Below, in pieces: positions 47,374 to 58,734 of a stretch of DNA of 64,000 bases (the first letter of the stretch is position 1; every line of letters starts with the position of its first letter). Source of the stretch: Psammoneis japonica (Eukaryota); the NCBI GenBank assembly GCA_008632985.1, contig QPGO01000171.1:1-64000 (forward strand). Direction: 5' to 3'. Below the pieces are notes generated by a model. It made no database searches. It saw only the letters and a program-made list of their open reading frames with translations, and was not told where the DNA came from. Made by a program: the position numbers and the translations under genes.

Positions 47374-49748
47374 CCGGTGGTCATCCGCACAAATGCCACA
47401 TTTGCCCTAAATGTGGCATGAATGTGGCATTTTGATCCCAAACGCCACCACAATTTTTCCAATGCTCCCTAATTGTTTTTCCGTTGACAGCAAAGCGTTA
47501 AACACCACTGGGCATAGGGGCGTATGAAATACATACTACGAAATACCTAACAATTGTCATAATTAAAAGTAGCAAATTTCTTTTACAATTTTTCAGTCAA
47601 CCTCAACAAAAGTTCAACTAAAGTGGCGCGGTTTCGGCATCACGTAGAACCTACGGACTTCTCAGTACACTCGATTCTGACGACTGGCAGACCAAGAAAA
47701 ACACCAGAATTTATTCGCAGTCAAGGTTGACGATGGCGTTGCTCGTCTTGTCTATGCTCTTGATAAACAATGTCACAGCTCCCAACAAACATTTCTATTG
47801 TCAATACAGGCACGAGAGGCATCCCCAATCATACCGGGGATGAATCTGCAGCGTCTACTCAACCGCCACCGGAGCAGACGTCGGTTGAGCTGCAGGGTCG
47901 TGTTGAGTCGTCGTGTTGAAGACGACATCGGCTTCACCGCACTGAAAGGAAGCAGTGTGATGAAGATAGAAAACAAACGCAAGCTATTGGTAGCATTTAT
48001 GGAGAGGCCTGTAAAGGCTAACTTCCAAGGACCGACAGAGGAGCATGCTGTCGCCGAGATCCACAATCTCAAAATATCGGGTGCGACGGCGGCGGCGCGC
48101 AAACGCAGCTGGAACGCAGACTGGACGGATGTGTTCTTGTGCTATTTGTTGCTGCCCATACCGGTACGATGCAAGCTACGCAATGCACGAGGCAAGTCTA
48201 TTGAAGGTAGCATTGTTTGCATGTTCTTTTGATTGTGGCTCTACTGACACTGTGATTTCTATTTCTCTGTATCCAGAGAACCAAAATCATGAAGGATGCC
48301 TACCTTGAAAAGCATCTAAATGATTTTGAGACTCAGGCCACTAGGGCTGCACCACAGAGGCAGCTCGAAATACTACAAGGTATCATTGGAGACAACATTA
48401 GGAATGGCATGATGGACGCCAGTCAAGGTAGCGACGAGAGCAGGAGCTAACATGACATCGCCGCGGAAGGACTTGAGACTTGGCATTGCAGGATTTGCTG
48501 CTACATCCAACAGAGCAATGGGCTGTATGGTAGACTTGATTGAAAAATAGCATCTATTTGTTGGCACCTCTCACGACACCGGTAGTAGCACAAGCTATCA
48601 ATGCTAGTCGATGTTGGATTGACATTCTATCGAGTAGTAAAAAGCATTGTAGAGTTGGCCTCTATCTATTTTTTCTTATTCTGTCACACTGGTTCCAAAT
48701 GTAGCCACAGTTGTGGAAGGTGTTAGCAATACCGTGCAACTCTTGGGCGGCAACCGTGTAGATTATTTGTTGCTCCAGATCGTGGAGGCTGTTGATGGGA
48801 AAAAAGCCGGTCCGTGAGGATCTGGCAAACAGCGTGCTCCACAGGACCATCCTTGGGCTGGCAGGGTGGTCTCTGGGCTATTTGAAAGTGATGTCCTGGA
48901 GTATTGCGACCCCCCACTGTTTGGGTGACGAGTGGAGTGAGATGCGAGTTGAGATTGTCCCACATCACAATTCGGTGGGTCGTCCAAACCGGCAATTGGG
49001 TTCGCCTCGATTGAAGACAGCACCTGGTTGACAAAATCAGCAAATGCAAATTGGTCTGTACCTCCTACTCGCCTCAATAAATCGCATTGATGCAGTGATG
49101 TCGTCACCATTGAAGAATTGCTGCAGTCCAGCTTCGCGGAACCAAACTGGATGCCCTAGGCATGCACCACGTAAGATGGGTCGGGAAGCCGCGCACGTGT
49201 CATTCCGAGCTCTCTGTGTGCCCTAATGGTAATACAGGCAGAAGCCCTTTGATCCGCAGGGTCATTCTGCATTGTATATTGTGTAGTCTACAGCATTGCT
49301 GCTTCCATTTCCTCGTCGCAATGAGAAGATCATTGCTCGTTTTGGTTTGATGGAATCAGTTTTGATGATTCTTGCCGCCATCACATGACGTCAGAGTACT
49401 AGCCGTACGTACATGTGTACGAGAGCGAAGCTCGCAAATTTTGTTGAACTTTTGTTGAGGTTGACTGAAAAATTGTAAAAGAAATTTGCAACTTTTAATT
49501 ATGACAATTGTTAGGTATTTCGTAGTAAGGGAAAATCGATTGGAAGTGGCATTCCAAGGCTTCTGTAGGGCTATATCATACATAAGAAATGAGTTTGTCG
49601 CAGTCGGGGGCCACGAATCAATCGCCGGCACGCTTTTTTCACGCGCAAAATATGGCATTTTATATGGCATTACGTAGAATCAGTACCAGTTTCGCTGTAG
49701 AAAGAAATGCCATATGGCATTATGGCATTTGTACGGATAACCAACTAG
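47374..49748. mobile_element. MITE-like TIR element hosting the Tc1/mariner insertion
   Basis: Left TGGTCATCCGCACAAATGCCACA (47378-47400) versus reverse complement of the right arm TGGTTATCCGTACAAATGCCATA (49721-49743); repeated subterminal A/GTGGCAT motifs at both ends. Confidence 0.7.
47536..49525 (-). mobile_element. IS630-Tc1-mariner DNA transposon with 83-bp TIRs and a defective transposase
   Basis: TIRs 47536-47618 and 49443-49525 (1 mismatch); TA TSD on both sides; minus-strand RIVMWDNLNSH...RPPCQPKDGPVE catalytic D...E segment (48835-48975), frameshifted and apparently internally deleted. Confidence 0.88.
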
Positions 49749-49931
49749 TACGGTAGCTACTAGCTACTAGTAGAGAGGGTAGGGCTAGAGGACCTACACT
49801 TCCTCATTTACTACGGTATCGAAAACCCTCTGCTGCTCTACCGTAGCTCTACTCTAGCTAGAGAGAGTCCTGCCTGTGGATCTAGCGTTGCAGCTGGCTG
49901 TTTCTTGCGTCTTTCTTCGCTTTGTAAGAAG

Positions 49932-52900
49932 ATGGATGTCGAGTCGCTGCACGATGTTCTACAGCAGTCATTCAGCCCGGAAGCAAGTGTTCGCGGCCCA
50001 GCAGAACAAACGATTCGAAACATAAAGTATGTCAAGGGGGCAACTTCAATGCTCCTGCAGGTGGCTGCAGAGAAGCAGGTGAGCAATGGTGAAAGATTGT
50101 CCTTTTCCTATGCCGATAAGCCGTTGGCGTTGAATCTCAATATCGGTTCACGTCTTCCACTTCAGGTGCAATTTGAAGTACGACAAGCTGCGGCAATTCA
50201 GATGAAAAATGTTTGTCGGGAATGCTGGGTGGAGCGAGTTGGTTTCAGCGGTGTCCATCCAGTAGCGAGGGGTGAGAGGAAGCCTCCGATATTGCCTGAT
50301 GACGACAAGGCGGTGATCCGGGCCAGTTTGGTTGATGCCCTTCTTGCTGAACACGAGAAATCTATTCGCGACCTCATGGCAGAAACTCTTCACCATATCG
50401 CGAATCATGATTTCCCAGAAAGGTGGCCGATTCTCATCCCCACCCTTCTCAATACAATATCACGAAGCGATTTACCGGCTCAGGCTCTTCGGGTTCACAA
50501 TGCCTTACTTGCACTCCGGAAAATATGCAAACGGTACGAGTACAAAAGTCGAGAACACAGAGGACCTCTAAACGCAATCGTCGCAGAATCGTTTCCACTT
50601 CTCCTGCCACTGGCTCAGCGGCTGAGCGATCCAAATGAACACAGCCTTGAGGCAGCACTAATGTTGAAGCAAATACTCAAAATATTTTGGAGTTCTACTC
50701 AGTTTTACCTCCCCGGAGGTCCGCCTGATGGAAGAAGTACTCCAACGCTAGGGAATCCTGAAGCCATGCAGCCGTGGTTCGACATTTTGCGTGCTGTTTT
50801 GCTGAAGCGTCTCCCTGAGGCCTCCACGGGGCTAGAACCTCGGAACCAACCGACTTCGATTGAGGATCGAAACCAGTGGCCTTGGTGGAAAGTGAAGAAG
50901 TGGGCAGTGCAGATTATGTCTCGTTTGTTTTCTCGATACGGCATTCCATCCTACGCTGAAGATGATGTGCAGCAGTTTGCACGGCACTTTTCTCAGAATG
51001 TAGCGACTCAGTTTCTTGGACCGGTCTGCGAAACTCTCAATCTCAGGCCGTCTGGGCAATTCTGCACTGATCGTGTGGTACATTTGTGTCTTACATATGT
51101 TGATCTTGCTGTTGAACTGGCGCCAACGTACAAGATGTTGAAACCCCACCTAGATTTCTTGCTGTACAAGGTGTGCTTTCCAACTCTTTGTTTGACATCG
51201 GAGGACATCGAACTTTTTGAAAACGACCCACACGAATTCGTCCATCGGCAGAATTCACCCTTGGCCGACTTCTATGATCCTCGGCTGTCTGCAATAACGT
51301 TAGTGACCGACTTAGTGAAGCATCGAGGCCAAGACGTCACGCAGCCTCTTCTGGGTTTCCTCACTGATGTTATCCATCGATACAATGCGTCAGATGATAC
51401 TCATAAAAATCACGTGGAAAAGGATGGAGCGCTCCTTAGCCTCGGATCCCTGTCGTGCTATCTTCTATCGAAAAAAAAGTATTCGAAAGAGCTGGAAGGG
51501 CTGCTTGTTTCAAGTGTGTTTCCAGATTTCAACAGCCCGATTGGCTTTTTGAGATGTAGAGCTTGTTGGATGGTACAGCGGTTTTCGACGGTTGCTTGGT
51601 CAGACGATGGCACTAACTTACAGACCCTGATCAACATGGTGTTGCAAAGGTTGAGTGATCCAGCTCTCCCAGTTCAGATAGAAGCAAGCAAGGTACGCAC
51701 AGCAACAAGCACTGGGTTATTCCTACCATCGTCACTCATTCAGATCATTTTCATCTTGACCATTTCATACGGAAAAGGCACTTCGTTTCCTTATCGAGGC
51801 TGAAGGAGCAGATAAAACGCTTTTGCCAGTTCTACCGCAAATCCTTACCGAATACTTCCGGATCATGAACGAGATTGGTAACGATGAAGTCGTGGCGGCT
51901 TTGCAGGTGATTATTGACAAGTTCGGCGACCACATCGAGCCGCATGCCGTTGCACTGGTAACGCAGCTATCGAACGCCTTCTCGACTTACTGCCATGCAG
52001 GCGAGGATGATGATGACGATGCCGCAATGGCAGCCGCACAATGCCTCGAATGTATTGCCACTGTGCTCAAAGGAATTTGCGGGCAACCATCACTCTACAG
52101 CACACTGGAGCCACAGCTCATTCCTCTCGTTCTGAAGATCCTCGGCAACGATGGAGAATATATTGAGTACTTGGAGTGTGCGCTAGACATCCTAACCTTT
52201 CTCACTTACTTTCCGGATGAGCTCTCGCCAGCATTGTGGGCAGCCTTCCCGCTGCTTTATGTTGCCTTCGATCAATGGGCCTTCGACTATCTCAATCTTA
52301 TGGTACCACCATTGCAGAGCTTCATCGGCAAGGCTCCTCAAGTTTTCATCACTGGATCTGCCGCGCTCACCGAAGGTACAGTTTCGTACATAGATTTGGT
52401 TTTGAGCATGGTTGCGAAAACCGTTACCAATGACAGATCATCCGAAGGCGAATGTCGCCAGGCCCTTTCGCTGTTCATGAGCATTCTTCACAACTGCCCC
52501 AACCAGGTGGATGCCTACCTCCCGGTTATAAATGAAATAACTCTGGGAAAACTGGGGCAGCAAGTTAATGCTGAAATTCCGTGGACGCGAATTGCTGCAT
52601 ATCAAGTGCTAGGGTCAGCACTTTTCTATAGTCCTCAGCTTGAGCTCACCGAGCTGGAAAAACGAGGAGTAACTCATGAAGTTTTCTCCAAGTGGATGTT
52701 AGACGCAGACTCTATGGATCGATGGTTGCCTCGGAAGCTAACTGTGCTAGGACTAGCCTCTATCCTGAGATTGCCGACGTCGGTCATTCCTCCTTCTATA
52801 TCGGGATCCATTCCTCAGCTAATTACCTTTGTTGTTCGAATCGCACAAGCGATGAGCGAGGACGCCGGGAAATCCGACAATGCCAACGATGACCTAATTG

Positions 52901-53361
52901 ACGAGAAGGAGGATGATGTGGATGAAGACTACGAAGGGTTTGGAGAGGATGAGGATGTAACGAACGAGGTAGATGACGCGTACAAGAAAGCATTGAATGG
53001 TATATCAGGTTTTGGGGACGACATGGCTGCATTTCTCATGGGTGGTGACTGGGATGAGGATGGTGAAGACTTTGAAGACGAATTCCAGAGCCCACTCGAT
53101 GAGGTGGACCAGGTGCTCTTCTTGAGTGATACTCTGCAGGGTGCTTTCCAACGAGAACCTGAGGTATGTGTCTCTGCCCTCCATGTCACTGTTGTAGTAT
53201 TTTTGCGCCTCAATTAGTTTTAACCCTTTTCCTTTAAGAAATATCGTCAGATTCAGTCGGCGATTCCCGTGGAAACGCTCAACTCTTGTCAGAAAATATT
53301 TGCAGAGGCAGATAGCTTGCGAGCAACACAAGCAGTTGAAGTGCCCCCAAAGGCAGTTTAG
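49932..53361 (+). CDS. IPO7: Importin-7/8 family karyopherin (SAD2/Nmd5-like); exons 49932-50078, 50166-51692, 51778-53163, 53239-53361
   Basis: IBN_N start (SFSPEASVRGPAEQTI, VRQAAAIQMKN), DFPERWP, WPWWKVKKW, FENDPHEFV, FLRCRACW, LPVQIEASKALRFLI and an acidic C-terminal tract; GT-AG introns 50079-50165, 51693-51777 and 53164-53238 keep the frame. Confidence 0.93.
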
Positions 53362-55069
53362 GCTTTTCCGAAGATTGGTTGTCACATGAGAAAGCATTCA
53401 GCTTTGTCAATTTGTTAACCCTGATTTGTGTGATGGCGAAGAACAGAATAAAATTATAGCAAAATACACCGCAATGAAATCAAACAGGGGATTACCCTTT
53501 GGAATCAAATTGGACTACATGCTGTGCACTAATGCGTGGTGATAACCAAACAGTGTGATGAGGACCAAAGCTTAGTTTTATTGCCGTTCCGTGCGAGATC
53601 TGAGAACAAAAACATCAATTTGACCAAGATCACCAGGACCGCTGCATTTGGAAGTGTCGTTGTCATGTCTTTTAAGATGAAAGGTGGACCAGATCCTTTT
53701 AGATGACAAGACGAAAGAAGATGACTCTTGTTGTGATGGAACATGTCAACCACCTCAATGTTAAGATGAGGAAGATCAACATGCAGCTTCACATTGGTGA
53801 GCATGGCAACACTCTCCTTGAGAAAATTATAGATGTGGCCACCAACACTCTCAAAACATCATCTGGCTTTTTCAATCTGGGGAACAGTGCCTGTGGTTCT
53901 GCAATTTGTGAGATGATGACTGAGTTGGACAGGTCACTTGATGATTTATTTGAGTGGTGCCTCCATCAGTGTCTTTTGGGCGCATCACTCAAAAAACAAT
54001 CTCTCACTGTTCTGTGGTGTCCTCACCACCTCACATGTCTCATGGCCATTGTCACACCTGCTGCTCCATGTCTGAAAAAGTGGAAAACAACAAGAGCTGC
54101 AAGTTCAATCCTGGTTGGAAGAACTGTGCTCTGCACAATTGCAGCGCATCTCATGCATGGCATGTCCCAGCATGTCCCCAAGATGCATCAGTCTTTTGGT
54201 GCTCCCGCAACTCAACACATCCACATTTGATCTTGCCAACTCACATTTAAAAGTGGGTTCTGGTGCTGCTGAGCAGAGCACCAAGCGATTGCACAGCAAA
54301 CAAGTGCGACTTCTGTGGCTGGGTGCCAGACAAATTGTGGCAAAACCTTCACTTTTCACTGAACATTCTGATCCAGTCATGCACCTTTGTGCTCCTGAAA
54401 GCAGCTCCAAAACAAATTTCATGTGCATGTGAGAGTGTCTTGGAACAAAAGGAATCGGACATTGTCACAAGGTGCCACGCCAATGCTCAACTGACAGCAC
54501 CTTTGTTTGATCCCGTCACCGTGTAAATTGCATGTTTGAGTGCCTTGCTCATCTTCTGCACTGATGTTTTTGCTTGTGTCTTCACACAAAGAAGCTCAAT
54601 CATGCGTTCCTGTTGTCGTGCAATGCATGTGCAAAGTTTTTGCATGCCTGGAATGTGGCCATTGCATCCCCTCTTTTTGGATTTGATCATGCTCATGTGC
54701 TTGCTTTGAACAGTGTGCGCGCAAATGCACACACAGTTGGTGCCAGTTTCTGTGCATTTCCCTGTGGGTTTTGCACCACAGGTGGTGCTGTTTGAGCATT
54801 TGGGGTGTGAATTTTTGATGGATTCTTTGGGTGGTTGTGCGAGATGATGTCATTCATCATTTGGTGAACATGTGTGGTGCATTGCTCCCTTTTCTTCTCT
54901 GCATTGTGTTTTTTGCATCTTTGGCAAATGCATTGGTGGTTTGTGGTGGGACGAGGGTGAGTTCTGCAGCTGGGTTCTTCCGTTTTTATTTGGTGCATTC
55001 GAGCTTGGTTGGATCTGCGATGTCATCGGTTCCATTTTTGTTTTGACATGGTGGTTCATTCTTTTCTTT

Positions 55070-55485
55070 TGGGCACTGCAATGTGTGCCAAACAGGTGCT
55101 GCAACTTGCACTAGATGGGCACCACAACATGTGCTAAATGGGTGCTGCAACTTGCACTTGACGGGCACTGTAACATGTGCTGAGATCTTTTTGTCTGTTC
55201 TTTTTGGGCACCAAAACATGTGCTGAACAGGTGCTGTAACTTGCACTGGACAGGCACCACAAAATGTGCTGAGATCTTTTCATTTTGTTTTGTTTTCTTT
55301 GTTGATTTTTTGTTTTTGCATTTTTGGATTTCAATGGTTTTGCAGACACTGCAATGTGTGCCAGACTAAAATGTTTCTTAACAGGCACTGTGACATGTGC
55401 CAAACGGGTGCTGCAGCTTGTGCTGGATGCACACTGTGACATGTGCTAGCTCTGGTTTTATTGTTTTTGGTTTTGCTCTTTTTGT
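55070..55485. repeat. Cluster of imperfect short repeats (GGCACTG.AACATGTGCT.AA..GGTGCTGCAACTTGCAC), probably a decayed subterminal repeat array
   Basis: Unit recurs at ~55071, 55117, 55163, 55206, 55384 and 55431. Confidence 0.6.
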
Positions 55486-57559
55486 TTTGATTTTGCATGT
55501 TTGGCTGGCACTGCAACATGTGCTAAATTGTGCCAGTTCTGACAAATGAGATGTGGCTTTGTTTGTGGCATGTGAGCACATGGGAGTGGAGTGCTCACTT
55601 GGTTTTCTAGTTTCTTTTTCTTGGTGGAAGGTTTGTCATGATGTTTGCCAGTGGTGTCAGCCAATGCAGAGGTTGGTTTGGGCCAAATTTTCTTGGGGAT
55701 CAATTCTCATCCTCTTTGCTTGCCTGAAGGGGTGTTTGTTGGCATTTCAAAGTTGAGTGGTCACTGGATGAATGCCAACATTGACTGATGTGATTATGAA
55801 AAAAATGATGATTTTGTTGGATTTTTTGCTTGCCCTTGCCTTTTGGGTGGTGTTTGATGACTTTTGCTGCAAGAGAGGAAACACGCAGTGCCGCTGTGTT
55901 GGCAACAGCAATGTTGACATTTCTGCTTGGTGATTTGAGGACAAAGGTGAGAATGCCAACACTGGCTGAAGTGGGCTTTAAAAATCTTATGGTTGTGTTT
56001 GCACTCATTGCAAAGCCTGTCTTTTGGGCGTTTGATTTTTTTGTTGCACAGTTTTTATCTCACTGTTGCTCTTGTTTTGTGATCCCTCACAGGTCCACCC
56101 AGCACCCATTGCAGCGATGGCATGAACACCATTGTGGACCAATGTGATGATGAAAAAATGATGCTTGCAGTGGATTTCTTGCTGCTCCTCACCTCTTGGG
56201 TGTTTTGCTGCTTTTGCTCTGAGAGAGGCACAAACAGGGCCGCCGCGTCTGACACAGCAGCACTCACAATCAAGCTCGGCACTCAGACTGCAAAGGCAAG
56301 AACAACTGAATTTTCTGACCAACATGTCGTCAATGTGATGGACATGTTTGTTTGTTGTGCACATGGCATCTTTTGGGCATTTGATGCTTTTTGTGTGTGG
56401 CACAGTTTTTCCCTCACAGTTTCTCCTGTCTCGCCGTGGCTCACAGGCCCACCACTCTCGGCACCCATTGCAGCATGGGTGCCAAGGTGATTGCAGACCA
56501 AATGGTTGTTAAAAAACACATCTCAAGCCAAGCATGTGGAACAATCCGCTGAGATCAACGGCAGCAACCCTTGGTCATGCCTTCTGTGCTGGGGAGCCGC
56601 TTGTTTTCTTGTCAAGCTGGTGGAAGTGCAATGAGGTGCTGATTGTTCTTTGGGCTGACACAATTGTTCAGTGCCATTTAAACATAAAACTCACAACAGC
56701 AATCTCAAACAGGTGCTTTAGAGCTTGTCAAAGTTGAAAGTGGTGCAAGTCATTGGTCTGCTTTCCCACAAAGAGTGTGAACACATCTGCTGCACTCAGG
56801 ACACCTGTGAGTGCTGTTTTGCCATGCCACCATGGATGCAGTTGGCATTGGTGCAGTTGCCAGGGTTGCACATGGCAATGCTCATGGTTGAGATGCTGCA
56901 TTGAGATGACTGGAACTTTCAGTGTTTTTTTTTGTTCCTGCCGTCACACCCAACCTCACCAAGGACAGATGATTTAGATCGTGCAAGAAGCAAGGGGTGC
57001 GCAGGGTGGAATTTTTGGCTCCGGCAAAACTCCACCGTGCCTTCTACCTGAGTGCAACAAACATGCAAGAATCCATCTGTGTCTCCCCCCTGCCCTGACC
57101 CCAAACAAACCGGAGACAGATGGGTAAGATGAAGTCGGGGTTTGGGGCTGACGACTTTCAAAATGACCAAATTTGCAAGGGGTCTTTCCACACAAAACAG
57201 TGTCCAATGACTTTCGCACACTTTGGAGCATCACAAAAGTTCCCATGTTAACAAATGTGAAACATTCCAAATTTTGCATTGCCTCAGTCATTTTTGGGTT
57301 GGGATGCCATTGACTCCCAGCCAAATGATTGGCCAACTCTCTATTTTGAGGTCATAAATTTTAAACATTTGAGTGCCAGTTGCTTTGTCTTCTGTTTGTT
57401 GACCTTTGTCTGTGGATGTGACAAACACTTTTTCCATTGAGATGTTGAATGTTTGGATTTTGTGCCAAAGGACAATTGCTTGACGCAAGCCCAGATTGTT
57501 GCCATCTTGTCAAAAATCATTGTCCAATGATTGCAATCTTCAGTTGCAATGCCTTGCAC

Positions 57560-58730
57560 AGTCACTTGCAGCAGGAGCCAGAGCCTTCTGTGACCCCTCT
57601 CTTTTGTTGTTGTGTGCTCCTGAAGTGACCAACAAGGAACCCACTCAATGCCAATGATGCACCATTCATTTTCCTGCCTTCAAGCTTCTTCCTGAGACAA
57701 TGTCCCTTTCTTGTTGTCACTCTAGCTGGAACCACATGAACCCAGTTGTCTCTGCAGTCAAAGTTGTTGAGAAAACCAGGCCCGCAGTTGTCCCCCCCCC
57801 CCTGGAGCCAGTGGTGCACAGTTGCTGTGTTGTTGCACAAAACTGGGAACTGGGTCATCTGCATCCTCTGACTGGTTTTTGGAATTCTCTTGTGAATGAA
57901 ACACAGCAACAGGAAAGTTGACAATGCATGACTGAATGTGAGACAAGCCTTTTCCTTGTGATGAGATGGTGCCTCAAGACAATGGACTCAGCTTGTGAAA
58001 TGCAGGTGCTGACTTCACCCAGTGACCATCAATCCTAACCTCATCAACTCCAAATCATTTAAAAAACATTTTTTGATCCCTCAAAAAAGCCAACATCATT
58101 GCTGGCCTTTTTCATCTCCATGGGAAAACTTGAAAAGTGGGTCCACATGCCTGTTGATTCATCCCCAGCTTGCTTGATGTGAGCATCCAGACAGGCTGCA
58201 AACAACATGTCATTGGACATCCAATCTTGAAAATCCACATGGGCTTGCACCTGGTGTCCTGCTTTTTTCCATTTGAGGTTGCTTGCTCAGAGCAGGACAA
58301 GGCCAAGGCCAACGGGTGGCTGTGGGGGTTGGAGGAGGTGGCTGTGCAAGAGATTTTGAGTGTGTTCCTTCTGTGGCATCTCATTGAAAATGCCATCATT
58401 GACAGCATTCCTGTCAAGATTGGCAGCAATGGCACAGGTTGCATTGCTTGGAATGTCACTTTCCAGTGTCCACCAGGCCCAGACACAATGACATGCTCAT
58501 TGATTTCCTTCACGTCATCTGCAGTCAGCTCTTGAATTGTTCAAAAGCATGAAAGAATCTCACCCCGCACTGCATCATCAATGAATCAGTGATTTTCTCT
58601 GAGTTTGATGAAACAGTTCAGCCATTCTTGATGCCAGCCATTGTTCAATGTCTTTGCAGTGGACAAACAGCAGATGATGATGGATGCTCTTTTGGATCAG
58701 TGGCATCAACTGTTTTATCTTAAATGCATG
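57560..58730 (-). pseudogene. Decayed PIF1-like (SF1B) helicase C-terminal half, possibly from a Helitron
   Basis: ENH*FIDD...GEIL...LTADDVKEINEHVI (motif III region); KIGCPM; QFPVLCNNTATVHHWLQG (motif V); NWVHVVPARVTTRKGHCLR (motif VI). Confidence 0.65.
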
Positions 58731-58734
58731 TTCA

